From Candidatus Latescibacterota bacterium (lineage in GTDB: Bacteria; Latescibacterota; UBA2968; GCA-2709665), in contig OZ244937.1 of NCBI GenBank assembly GCA_965222075.1, positions 3,392,001-3,456,000 of the forward strand: a DNA stretch of 64,000 nucleotides, written 5' to 3'. Every line of letters begins with the position of its first letter. Position 1 is the first letter of the stretch. The notes beneath the pieces were generated by a model that worked only from the letters and a program-made list of their open reading frames with translations, did no database searches and was not told the DNA's origin. Positions 28,081 through 37,687 of this stretch are shown one piece after another. The position numbers and the translations under genes were made by a program.

Positions 28081-29204
28081 ACGTCGCCCGCAGTCATGTC
28101 CTTGATCTGGGCGACCAGCCACCTCCAATCCTCGCCATCGTCACAATTCAACGTGCGCTCGGAAGCGTCATCGGACACCATGTTGAGCACGTGCCATTCA
28201 CCGGAATGGGTTTCGAGGTTCACATCAAACGTGACCTCGTTCGGGTCGAAGGACCACTCAGCTTGAACGCCTCCAGTCTCCGTTGGGTAGAGGTACGGCA
28301 GGGGTGCCTCATCGGGGAAGTGCCGGTCGAAGGCGTCGTGCAGCCAATCGAGGCCCGCGCTGGGTGGCGCTATCCCTTCCCCTTCGAGCCAGCCGTCCTG
28401 CAATAGCCGCAGTTCGTCGAGTTGTGCGCCGAAATCCAGGGGGTCGAGAATGCTCAGATGTTCAATCGAATCGAAGCCAATAAGCTGATCGCCGCGGCTG
28501 AAGCGACCGATGCCCTGAAATAGCGCGCGCATGCCGTTCTGGTATCCATTGAATACTTCGAGGATAGTGTCGAGGTGCTGTGACGCAATCGGAGCTTTGA
28601 CCTTGCGGCCGTCTATCAACTGAATCTCGAAGGTCATGTCGTCCTGATCAGCCTCGGGCACTGTACCTCGAATCGAAATTTCCTCGGTCAGTTCCTTCAC
28701 TTTGGGCGACGCAAGAACCAGTCGCCGCCGTACATCCTTGGTGAGCTTCGCTGTGGTTTTTCGGTCCGGACTATCGAATTCGACCACTTCACCCTCCTTC
28801 AGGCTTCGCCCCAACTTGTCGAAGTAGCTTAGCGTCCTCTCCGGCAAATGCGATTCGATGGGCTGTCCGTTTTCCGCTGCACTAATAGCTTCGATGATCG
28901 CATCGCGCGCGTATCCGGAATAGTTTTGGCTGACTGTCGGGAGCAAGGTCGGTGGTTCCGGGGCAAGTCGGATATCCAGAGTGGCGCTGCCAGGATCGAT
29001 CGCCGCGAGCATCAGGTGGATGTTTCTCGTGAAGCCACGGGGTGACCGCTGACGGTTGGGGTGATCCGCGAGGAACTTGGACTTGGCGACTTCAACGACC
29101 ATTTCTTCCAGCACTGCAACATCTCTCAAGAATTCCAGCGGGATGGAGTGGTCGTCGTAGCGCTTCCCAACGAGACGCAGGCGCATGAAAGGCTGTGCAC
29201 TCAT
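28077..29204 (-). CDS. hypothetical 375-aa protein translationally coupled to hsdM
   Basis: intact ORF with ATGA overlaps at both ends; C-terminal PYLYPTETGGVQAEW domain. Confidence 0.85.
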   Translation of the reverse strand: MSAQPFMRLRLVGKRYDDHSIPLEFLRDVAVLEEMVVEVAKSKFLADHPNRQRSPRGFTRNIHLMLAAIDPGSATLDIRLAPEPPTLLPTVSQNYSGYARDAIIEAISAAENGQPIESHLPERTLSYFDKLGRSLKEGEVVEFDSPDRKTTAKLTKDVRRRLVLASPKVKELTEEISIRGTVPEADQDDMTFEIQLIDGRKVKAPIASQHLDTILEVFNGYQNGMRALFQGIGRFSRGDQLIGFDSIEHLSILDPLDFGAQLDELRLLQDGWLEGEGIAPPSAGLDWLHDAFDRHFPDEAPLPYLYPTETGGVQAEWSFDPNEVTFDVNLETHSGEWHVLNMVSDDASERTLNCDDGEDWRWLVAQIKDMTAGDV

Positions 29205-29923
29205 GACGTCACCTCCCTCAACAGCCGCAAGATCGTTTTCTCAGCCTTCTTCAGATCCGCGTCAATCTCTTCCAGCGGGCGCGGCGGCGTATACTTGTAG
29301 AAGTGCCGGTTGAAGTTGATCTCGTAGCCGACTTTGTCCTTGCTGCGGTCCATCCAGGCGTCGGGGACGTGGGGTAGCACCTCACGCTCGAAGTAGGCGT
29401 CGACATCCACGGCGAGCGGCACGTTCTCGAAATCGCGCAGCCCGGTGTCAGGCTCGTAGCCTTTCTCCCGGCCATCCTTCCTGACCGGCTCGGCCTCCGG
29501 ACCCTTTTTAGTGAAGACATCTCTGAAGAGCTTCTGTTCCGCCTTTTTCCAGCGCGACTGCCGCCCATGCAGAAGATCGACAATATGCTCCCACGTCGCG
29601 TTCCAGTCGCGCAGAGGCTCGCGTCCCAACGCCTTGTCTATGGCCTGAACGTCGTCGAGCAGGTACGGGCAGGCGTCGAGAAAGCGAGCCTTGTCTTCTA
29701 TGGTCATCCGGTAGCGCAGGCGCAGGGGGCGCTCCACGGTAACGCGCGTGTAGCCGAAATCGGCGCTATCGAAGACCCTGGAGCGCTCGCCATCCTCGAA
29801 GCAGCCGTAAAGCCGCACGATCTCCTCAATCTGGCTCGCTGTAATGTGCCGCCGCTTGTCACCAAGGCTGCGCCTGCTCTCCTCGCTGCCCCCGGCCGTC
29901 CAGAAGTCGCGGGCGTCGAGAAG
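29201..29923 (-). pseudogene. hsdM: type I R-M methyltransferase, C-terminal part, 5'-truncated at an IS end
   Basis: RSLGDKR, DFGYTRVTVERPLRL, LRDFENVPL, YFEREVLPHVPDAW, GYEINFNRHFYKYTPPRPLEEI. Confidence 0.9.
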
Positions 29924-30250
29924 TGGAGTTACCCCGGGTTTTGTGGACGGTTTTAAGCTTGGGTGTCAAGCCCATGCCTGGTGTTTTTCCTCGTAGGTTG
30001 TGGGTGAGTCGTACCCCAAAGCTGAACGTCTGCGATGTGGATTATACTACCCCTCGATATACGCGAAGAGTGCCTGGAGAGCGACCCGCTCGTACCAACG
30101 CCACCATCTGCTGCCTGTCTGCGTGCCACGCACAGGCAGGCCGAAACTCCGGCGGATAGAGAGGATGCGTCTGAGACGTGATGAACCTCCTTTCTCCTCT
30201 CAAGATAACAAGAAAAGATGGGTGTCCACCAAATCATCGGGGCAAGTCCA
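29924..30250 (-). mobile_element. internally deleted IS3-family element
   Basis: TG...CA ends with ~25 bp imperfect IRs; orfA start MSQTHPLYPPEFRQQMVALVRAGR once the 27 bp insert 30114-30140 is removed. Confidence 0.8.
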
Positions 30251-30252
30251 TT

Positions 30253-30870
30253 TCAACTTACCCAGTCCTCGATGAACCCGACATACTCAGGCACAGGCAT
30301 CATTTGTAGATCTTTGTCCCTAAAGCCCTCGGCCTCTCTCTTCTGGTAGAAATCCGCCATAAACTCGTTGAACTCATCCCAAATCACGGTCCCGCCAGGC
30401 AGACCTCCGATGCCCACCTCAACAAACCAGTTCCTCACTTGATGGACGATTTCCTCAGGCTCATTCTGGTGTCGCTTAATGTCGGAGTTCGACAGATCAG
30501 ACAAGGCCTTTTGGTAATCGTACTGTTCAGTTTCCAAGATCAAACACCGCTTTTGACTCCGTAGGCCGCAAGAGAAAACCCTACAGCCGATGTCGAGACC
30601 CAGTTCGAAGGGCATGTTCATCCTGTGAATTTCGCCCTCGAATGACGCCCGCATCCTCGACAGATCATGCACACTGTATTTTGACTCACCTATCAATTTA
30701 CAGATTCGATTGATCCTCGCAATCCCAGAGTCAAAAGTCTCCGAAGCAATCCTCACCGTCAGGCCTGCTCGAACCACACTGAATAGCAGAGGTCTTAAGA
30801 GAGGGGTATACTCGTCATCGAAGGGGCAGTTGATGAAGACGTTGGTATGGAATTCTCCTCCGTTGTTCAC
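30253..30870 (-). CDS. hypothetical protein, TIR/nucleoside deoxyribosyltransferase-like fold
   Basis: VFINCPFD, SVHDLSR, NMPFELGLD; GTGA overlap with upstream gene. Confidence 0.8.
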   Translation of the reverse strand: MNNGGEFHTNVFINCPFDDEYTPLLRPLLFSVVRAGLTVRIASETFDSGIARINRICKLIGESKYSVHDLSRMRASFEGEIHRMNMPFELGLDIGCRVFSCGLRSQKRCLILETEQYDYQKALSDLSNSDIKRHQNEPEEIVHQVRNWFVEVGIGGLPGGTVIWDEFNEFMADFYQKREAEGFRDKDLQMMPVPEYVGFIEDWVS

Positions 30871-31082
30871 TTAGCCCGTTTCCATTTTTGTATGGATCCA
30901 TCTCGTTTGTGAATGACGACATCCCTACCTTTTGAAATCTTGCTTGCGCTTCTTTCGGCATCGGACTTAGTGCTGTAGATCTTTGAAGCTTTGGAATTCC
31001 CTTCCTTCTTGACTGCCCAACCATCTTTTCTTGAGATGACATGCACTCTTTTGCCACTGGTTGCTTGTGAATTTTTTGCCAT
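30867..31082 (-). CDS. DUF2188-like small protein
   Basis: VHV...GWAVKKEG..KAS...TK..A...VIHKRDGSIQ. Confidence 0.8.
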   Translation of the reverse strand: MAKNSQATSGKRVHVISRKDGWAVKKEGNSKASKIYSTKSDAERSASKISKGRDVVIHKRDGSIQKWKRAK

Positions 31083-31149
31083 GACAGGTCCTTTCTCTCC
31101 CTCGCAGGTGCTTATCTAAACGTTTGGTGTGAGTTATTTTCAGTGTCAC

Positions 31150-31315
31150 CATTCAATCAATTCAGCAAAAGCCAACCGAGACCTCCCTAACTGTTCATTG
31201 AATCAGATACAGAAGTTGTGAAGCGCCATCTTCGCAGCCAGCCGGACGTGGAAGCCAGAGAGATGGTGAGGCCGTTCTTTCACCAATCGGAAAGTATTGT
31301 GAAGTGGAGTTATCC
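31150..31315 (-). pseudogene. transposase C-terminal remnant (IS982-like)
   Basis: ERPHHLSGFHVRLAAKMALHNFCI. Confidence 0.45.
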
Positions 31316-31972
31316 CGGTTTGGTGGCCGTTTAGAAGAGAGGAAGTCCGTCGTGCCGCAGGCATCCTCCACATGGACGCCTCCCGGCGCGATTCTTGGCC
31401 TGCCCTGAGTCCGCGCGAGGCGGCAGAGAACAGGCGCAGCGGCGTCGTGCTGATGACTTCCCGGATGGTGGGGAAATCGTCATTTGGCCAGTGTTTCTCT
31501 CGAGAAATGCGCCATGACCGAGTCGCGGGGCTTTTCCCAGTTTTCAATGTATTCCCGCATGGCCTCTTCCAGCACCGCCTCGACCCTCCTTCCGGGCAAT
31601 CTCCCGCATTGTACCCAACAACTCCGGCGAGACCTGGCTGGAGAATTTCTCTCGTGACACAGCCATCACGTATACGCCTCTCTATTACGTTCCATTATCG
31701 GATGATGAAGTCAGTGTGTCAAGAAATATCTTGATGGAAATGGGCAGAAAGCGTCACGGGTCACCGCGAGGCAGCAAAGCGGTCGCACAGGAGCGTCCGA
31801 AATCGTTTATCACGCCCGGATCGCTATGTGCAACTCCCGAACTGCGCGATCAGGAAGCGCTGGCCGGCGGCCCTGTTCAGCCTGGCGTCGAGCGCATCGC
31901 CGTCGAGCCTGTCACCCCAGCGATCGTGCTCAGCCAGGACTCTGCCCTCGAAGGGTGACGCCAGTTGACTGA

Positions 31973-33613
31973 CTATGTTGCGACTTTTTCTCGGGCTTCC
32001 AGGACCTTTGCAACCACGGCTTCGATGTCGCCTTCATCGACGAACGGCGACAGGATATACGATTTTAAAGCGAAGATGGGCTCCTGATAGCTGGTGCGCC
32101 GATAACAGTCGGTCGAGGAAATGACGACGCCGCGTCCAGCCATGGCCTCCGAGTGCACATATCGAAATATCTCTCGATTATAGTCGTTATGAGCGAGCAA
32201 GGTATCCCGGTACGCGGGGTTGCCAAATTCCTGGTCCTTGATTGCAAAGGTATCGACGCCCAGGGGATATGCGCGGAAGAGCGTTACCGTGCCGAAATTG
32301 TCCCGGTTCAGCACGGTCGTGCCTTCGTGGCCTTCGAGATGCTCGCGCAGGAGTTGGGCCATCTCGACGATGTGTCCGACTACGACCTGTAACCCTTGCT
32401 CGCCAAACAAGCGAAAATTGGCGAGGGCCGCAAGAGGCCCTGTCCCCGCTCTCGATGTTTCAAGGGTGTACATCCCGGGTCGGTGTTCGCCAAAATGATA
32501 GAGGTAGGGCATCTGTTCCGCGTGCCGCGTCACCAGCTGCAGATCCTCCCGGTTTTTGACGAGGACGAGGCTGGAGATATAAGGAGCAAAACCGGTCTTG
32601 TGAAAGTCGACGCCAATGGAATCGGCCAGCGACAAATGGCGTATTCGACGACACGTGCCTGCCAGGGCACGGAGTGTGCGCGGCCGAAATCCCAGGGGGT
32701 TACTCTCAAAATCGTACTCGTTGAAGACCGACCAGGCCCAGCCGATGACAGCGTCGGCGTGAATGTGCGGACAATAGGCGAGCTGGAATTCCTCCACCAG
32801 GGTGTCTCGCAGGGCCACGATCCCCTGTAAATCGTCCAACCCGAACGCATCGGTGGTCCCCAGGGTCGCAATGATGGCGGCGATCTTTTTTCCGCTTGAC
32901 AATGCCGTCCGAGCGGCTTGTTCGAGATGGAGGAGGTCGATTTCGTTTTCAGCTGTCGTCGGAATCGCGACCAAATTGTCGGTTCCTATTCCGAGCCACC
33001 CGGCAATGTTCGTGGCACAGTAATGTCCGGCCTCTGAAACCAACACGACAACGTCCTCCGATACGCCCTTGTGCACGGCCTGCGGACAGGCCTTTTCCAG
33101 TCCAATTTTCACCCCGTACAGCGATGTTCCAGTGCCGCCAAATGTAAACACGCCGCTCGCCAGTTCCGGGTTGTACCCGATCAAGTTCGCGGTGATACCA
33201 ACCGCCTCAACTTCGGCCAGCGCCACGAGGCGGCTGTATTCATCCCAGGCGACATTGGGGTTGTACAGCGAAGAGAGCAGAACGCCGACCAGGCTCGGAA
33301 TGGTCGGCGGAGGGATGACGTTTTGTTGGGTGCGAGGATGACCGAAGATGGTCATGCCTCGCAGATAGCTTACGAGGTCGGATGTGACCGACTCAACCGA
33401 GGCCATTTGGACGGATAACTTCGCGTTCCTCGCCGCATCGAAATCGCCTGGGACGACGGAACCGAGAATCGGCAACTGCGTTTTAAGCACGTCAACCTGA
33501 TCCAGGGCGCGCATTATGGAGTGCACGAAATAGGAGTCGTGGATCGGGTCGGATACCGGTTGGGGAAATGCAAGCCGGACTTTCTTCAGGATTTCGCGAT
33601 AGGGCGTGGTCAT
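31973..33613 (-). CDS. group II PLP-dependent decarboxylase
   Basis: GVFTFGGT, TLGTTDAFGLD, HADAVIG, DSIGVDFHK; start ATG 33613 chosen (ORF open to 33670). Confidence 0.9.
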   Translation of the reverse strand: MTTPYREILKKVRLAFPQPVSDPIHDSYFVHSIMRALDQVDVLKTQLPILGSVVPGDFDAARNAKLSVQMASVESVTSDLVSYLRGMTIFGHPRTQQNVIPPPTIPSLVGVLLSSLYNPNVAWDEYSRLVALAEVEAVGITANLIGYNPELASGVFTFGGTGTSLYGVKIGLEKACPQAVHKGVSEDVVVLVSEAGHYCATNIAGWLGIGTDNLVAIPTTAENEIDLLHLEQAARTALSSGKKIAAIIATLGTTDAFGLDDLQGIVALRDTLVEEFQLAYCPHIHADAVIGWAWSVFNEYDFESNPLGFRPRTLRALAGTCRRIRHLSLADSIGVDFHKTGFAPYISSLVLVKNREDLQLVTRHAEQMPYLYHFGEHRPGMYTLETSRAGTGPLAALANFRLFGEQGLQVVVGHIVEMAQLLREHLEGHEGTTVLNRDNFGTVTLFRAYPLGVDTFAIKDQEFGNPAYRDTLLAHNDYNREIFRYVHSEAMAGRGVVISSTDCYRRTSYQEPIFALKSYILSPFVDEGDIEAVVAKVLEAREKVAT

Positions 33614-33650
33614 GGCTCTGAACATGTAAAAATAAAAGGTTATAGGACGC

Positions 33651-33683
33651 ACGTCTCCCCGGAGAATCACCCCGGAGAGACGT
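33651..33683 (-). terminator. hairpin downstream of tmRNA
   Basis: ACGTCTC.CCGG...CCGG.GAGACGT inverted repeat. Confidence 0.5.
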
Positions 33684-33699
33684 GTTGTGTTTTAAAGAT

Positions 33700-34064
33700 T
33701 GGTGGAGGCGGCGGGAATCGAACCCGCGTCCGAAGGCAGTTCAACGACAGCGTCTACGTGTGTAGTCTACCTTTTGAGTCTCACGCGCCGACACCCCGGT
33801 AAACAGGGTTGCCCACACGCCAGCCCGATTAAAATCTCACCCGGAACCCTCGGGGCGGAGGCGCCCGGGCCAGCCTGCATCAGTCGACGCCCCGGCCATA
33901 TCCTGCAAGCGGGATCTGACGGGACGGGCTGCGCTTTAGTTACGCAGCCAGTGCGTACGAGTTATCGTTCGCAGTTGTGTTTTTCCCCACTGGTTTAACG
34001 AGGTAAATGGGACCTCGACACGCAGCTCTCGTCTCCCCCCCTCCGTCGAAGCCTTGTCGCCCCC
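33700..34064 (-). ncRNA. ssrA: tmRNA, tag peptide ANDNSYALAA (33940-33972)
   Basis: 5' GGGGGCGACAAGGCTTCGAC; 3' GCGGGTTCGATTCCCGCCGCCTCCACCA; internal tag ORF ending ALAA-TAA. Confidence 0.96.
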
Positions 34065-34112
34065 ACGCAAAATAAAGAAACAGGCCGGATCATCCGAACT
34101 TCCGACCTTGAA

Positions 34113-34141
34113 AAGATAACCACGCGCCCCCACGCTGTCAA
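34113..34141 (-). promoter_or_regulatory. ssrA promoter, back-to-back with a +strand TTGACA at 34143
   Basis: minus strand TTGACA-17bp-TATCTT. Confidence 0.7.
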
Positions 34142-34224
34142 GTTGACACACCCACAGATCATATTGTGTATATTACCGGAAACAGCGCTGTTACCTCCTG
34201 ACACACCCGCAGAGGAGGAAGCCC

Positions 34225-35235
34225 ATGAAAATCGCCATACTCCACGGTCCGCGCGACCTCCGCATCGAAGAACGTCCCCTGGATACCGCGAACCTGAAAC
34301 CCGACCGGATCTGGGTAGAGACCGAAATTTCCGCCCTGAAAATCGGCACGGATCGGGGCAATTACGAAGGCGCGGAACAGGTCCCCGGAGCGCCGGACTA
34401 TCCCCGCTGGGTCGGAGACAGCAACCTGGGGATTGTACGCGGCATCGGCAGTGCGGTCACCCGCTTTCAGGTCGGCGACCGGGTCGTGTCCCGCTATTAC
34501 CACCAGTCAGAGTATATCGCCGGCGAGTCGGAGTCCATCGTCAAGGTGCCCGAATCGGTCCACCCGGAAGACGGGGTATTTGCCCACCTCTACACCCTCA
34601 GCGCCCACTGCTATCGCAAAGCGTTCTTCCGCCCCGGGGAAAACGTCGCCGTAATCGGCCTGGGCGTCCTCGGGCTGGGCGCCGTGGCCATAGGCCCGCT
34701 CTTCGGCGCCCGCGTCGTCGGCCTGGGCAACAGCCCGGTCCGCCTGAAAATGGCCGAACGCATGGGCGCGCATGCGGCCTTATTGTCCGACGATCCGGAC
34801 CTCGAAACCAGACTCGACGCGTTTACCGACGGCGTGGGCATCGACCTGGTTATTCTCACCGCAAACCCCTGGCCGGCCTTCCGCACCGCCGTGCAGATCG
34901 TTCGCCCCAACGGCCGCGTCTCCATCGTCAGCCTGCTGGGACGGGGCGAACCGCCCCTCGATTTCAACCCCCTGGCCATGGAGTGGTTCTACAACAAAGG
35001 CATCTCCCTGATTGCGGTAAGCCAGCAGGCAGGCTATTTATACCCCACCCCCGAAAACCGTTTTGACGACATCCGCGCCTGTGCGCACACCCTCTCGCTG
35101 ATGGCCGAAGGCCGCTTAGAGCCCAAACGCCTGATCACGCACCGGTTCCACTACACGGAAATGGTCGAGGCCTACGAGATGGCGTTTCACCGGGAAAAGT
35201 CCATGCTCGGCGTAATCTTCAACTGGGACACATAG
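34225..35235 (+). CDS. zinc-binding (MDR) alcohol dehydrogenase family protein
   Basis: GPRDLRIEE, GLGVLG, LITHRF; GAGGAGG RBS. Confidence 0.92.
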   Translation: MKIAILHGPRDLRIEERPLDTANLKPDRIWVETEISALKIGTDRGNYEGAEQVPGAPDYPRWVGDSNLGIVRGIGSAVTRFQVGDRVVSRYYHQSEYIAGESESIVKVPESVHPEDGVFAHLYTLSAHCYRKAFFRPGENVAVIGLGVLGLGAVAIGPLFGARVVGLGNSPVRLKMAERMGAHAALLSDDPDLETRLDAFTDGVGIDLVILTANPWPAFRTAVQIVRPNGRVSIVSLLGRGEPPLDFNPLAMEWFYNKGISLIAVSQQAGYLYPTPENRFDDIRACAHTLSLMAEGRLEPKRLITHRFHYTEMVEAYEMAFHREKSMLGVIFNWDT

Positions 35236-35246
35236 CCCTTAAACGC

Positions 35247-36242
35247 TCACTCATCTTCGGTTATGGCGTCGAAAAACTTGACCACGTTCCCCCTGTCCTC
35301 CGTGGTGTTGAACGCCATAGCAGAACGCGGATGCTGGTTCAAAATTCCCGTGATCATATACGGTAGGTCGAACCCCCACAGCAGCTCTGACCGCATCGGC
35401 TCAATATGCTCCTGAATGCACTGGAGAATCGGCCGGAGGCGGAACTTCGGGTTGTGCAAAAAACCGATCAACAGCTCAATCGGACAGTTGCCGGCCCCGC
35501 GTCCCAGTCCCGCCATCGTCGCGTCAATCATCGTTGCGCCCAGAACAATCCCCTCAATCGTATTGGCATAGGCCAGTTGCTGGTTGTTGTGTGCGTGTAT
35601 TCCCACCTGCTTCCCCGCCGGTTCCGAGCGCTCGAGAAACCGCTTCATAAATGTCTGAATCTGTTCGCTGTAGAGGTGCCCGAAACTGTCCACCACGTAG
35701 ATGGCATCCACCTCCGAATTCACCAGGAGTTCCAGCCCTTTGTCCAGCTCCCGTTCCTGAACGGTTGAAACCGCCATCAGGTTGACGGTGGTTTCGTAGC
35801 CCTTGTCGTGGGCGTCTTTGATCATATCTAAGGCCGTGGGAATCTGGTGGATGTAGGTCGCCACCCGGATCATATCCAGCACGCTTTCGCTTTTGGGCAG
35901 AACGTCCTCGCGGTAATCGCTCTTCTCCGCGTCCGCCATCGCCGAAAGTTTCAGGGGCGTATCGTTTTCTCCCACAATGCGCCGGATATGCTCCTCGTCG
36001 CAGAACTTCCACGCGCCGTGCTCGGTCGAGGCAAAAAGCTTTTTGGAGTTCTTGTACCCAATCTCCATATAGTCGATACCGCTCTCCACGCAGGCGTTGT
36101 ACACGGCCTTTACGACGTCATCGTCGAACTGGTGATCGTTCATCAACCCCCCATCCCGAATCGTACAGTCCAGAACCTTGATCTCCTCGCGGTAGGACAC
36201 CCACTGCCCGGCAGCACTCTCTTTCGACTTCGGCATTTCCAT
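35247..36242 (-). CDS. HMGL-like (DRE-TIM) aldolase catalytic domain protein
   Basis: LDCTIRDGG, VDSFG, GIHAHNNQQLAYAN, GLGRGAGN. Confidence 0.92.
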   Translation of the reverse strand: MEMPKSKESAAGQWVSYREEIKVLDCTIRDGGLMNDHQFDDDVVKAVYNACVESGIDYMEIGYKNSKKLFASTEHGAWKFCDEEHIRRIVGENDTPLKLSAMADAEKSDYREDVLPKSESVLDMIRVATYIHQIPTALDMIKDAHDKGYETTVNLMAVSTVQERELDKGLELLVNSEVDAIYVVDSFGHLYSEQIQTFMKRFLERSEPAGKQVGIHAHNNQQLAYANTIEGIVLGATMIDATMAGLGRGAGNCPIELLIGFLHNPKFRLRPILQCIQEHIEPMRSELLWGFDLPYMITGILNQHPRSAMAFNTTEDRGNVVKFFDAITEDE

Positions 36243-36388
36243 ACTGGTCTCTCCTTTACCTCTGTCCATTCACGATTACCAACACACCGTCAAGTCGGTT
36301 GAAAACCAACAGCCCACGGTAGAATTTATCCCGGCTAAATATGGCTTTTTCAGCCCTCTGAATCAAGTTCAAATGTGTCTGGATGGGA

Positions 36389-37645
36389 TTATTGGTCGTC
36401 CAAACCAATATAAATTGTAAACCGCACCCGCTTAAACCGCCGGCCCAGCGCAATCGCCCGGTCTTTAACACCCTCCAGATCCCGCTGGTTCAGCACATCC
36501 ACAATACAATCGGCGATCTCGGGCGCATCCGCCTCCGTCATCCCGTACCGGGTCACCTCCTGCACCCCGATGCGTAGCCCGTGCCTCCCCAGTTCTTCGG
36601 GAATTCCCGCTGCCCCGGCAATGATATGGCACGCCTCAAGCCGGTCGGCAACCACCTTGCCCTCACCAAATTCATCCACAATCGGCAGGAGCATGTGAGA
36701 CTCTGTAATCCCGAACTGCGCCCCCACCACAGGAATGCCGCGCTCGTAGAGCGCCCTGCCCAACGCCTTTGCATTGCCGGTAATCGCATCTGCATGCGCC
36801 CCCCCGCAGGCCATCCACTCCAGAAACGTCCCGGCAAGCGCGGGCAGGCGGCCGAGGTGGTGGTTGGCAATCATCAAAGGGGAAGTTGCCGACCCGATTC
36901 GTTCGGCAATCGACCGATCGTTGGCCAGAATCATGCCCCCCTGAGGACCGGCAAGGGTCTTGTGGGTGCTGGTAATCACCACATCGGCCCCTTCCTGGAG
37001 CGGGGATTGAAATCGCCCACCCGCAATCAGCCCCAGAACGTGGGCCGCGTCGTAGATCAAATAAGAACCGGGAGAGTACTTCTCCATGGCCTCCTTGAGC
37101 TCCCGCACCGGCAGGGGAAAGAGAAAAGTGGACGACCCAATACTCACGATTCTGGGCCGATGCTTGCGAATGAGCGAAACGGTCTGGTCCAGGTCCACGT
37201 TGAACCGCACCCCATCCCAGGGAATCGGAACCGGCTGGAGGTCCACTTTCAAAGCCGACGAGGCCAGCTTCTCTGCATACCGGTGCCCGTTCTGAGCCTC
37301 CAGCACCGTATCGCCCGGACTGCCCAGTGCAAACGCGGCGATAATCCCCGCAATATTTCCCGACAGCGGACGAAGTTCCACAAACCCCGCGCCAAACAGC
37401 TCCTTCGCCAGTTCCTGCGTAAACACCTCAATCTCTCCGACAAACCTGCCCCCCTGGTAAGCCTGCATTCTCGGATCGATACCGCTGTAATACCCGTACC
37501 GACGGTCCAGATCCTCGGTAATCAGCCTTTCCACCAGAGGACTGGGTGTATTCTCAGACGCAATGAGATTCAAACAGTTTTCTCGAAACGTCTTGTGCTT
37601 CTCAATCAGCGACTCGACATTCTGAATTTTAAGATCAAAATCCAT
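36389..37645 (-). CDS. serine hydroxymethyltransferase-like PLP enzyme (divergent paralog)
   Basis: LNLIASEN, YDAAHVLGLIAGG, STHKTLAGPQGG, GLRIGVQEVTR; GAGGAG RBS. Confidence 0.88.
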   Translation of the reverse strand: MDFDLKIQNVESLIEKHKTFRENCLNLIASENTPSPLVERLITEDLDRRYGYYSGIDPRMQAYQGGRFVGEIEVFTQELAKELFGAGFVELRPLSGNIAGIIAAFALGSPGDTVLEAQNGHRYAEKLASSALKVDLQPVPIPWDGVRFNVDLDQTVSLIRKHRPRIVSIGSSTFLFPLPVRELKEAMEKYSPGSYLIYDAAHVLGLIAGGRFQSPLQEGADVVITSTHKTLAGPQGGMILANDRSIAERIGSATSPLMIANHHLGRLPALAGTFLEWMACGGAHADAITGNAKALGRALYERGIPVVGAQFGITESHMLLPIVDEFGEGKVVADRLEACHIIAGAAGIPEELGRHGLRIGVQEVTRYGMTEADAPEIADCIVDVLNQRDLEGVKDRAIALGRRFKRVRFTIYIGLDDQ

Positions 37646-37687
37646 CCCCGTCTCCTCAATCCAAGATTTTTCAATCCGCAATTGAGC

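Larger units (their letters stand above)
13567..33712. mobile_element. decayed genomic island integrated at the tmRNA 3' end
   Basis: TGGTGGAGGC(A/G)GC direct repeat at 13567 and 33700; integrase, R-M, IS and toxin-antitoxin debris inside. Confidence 0.7.

Noticed and set aside
33700-33735. tRNA gene
   Set aside because: The T-arm/CCA end belongs to tmRNA; the matching 5' end and tag ORF are present
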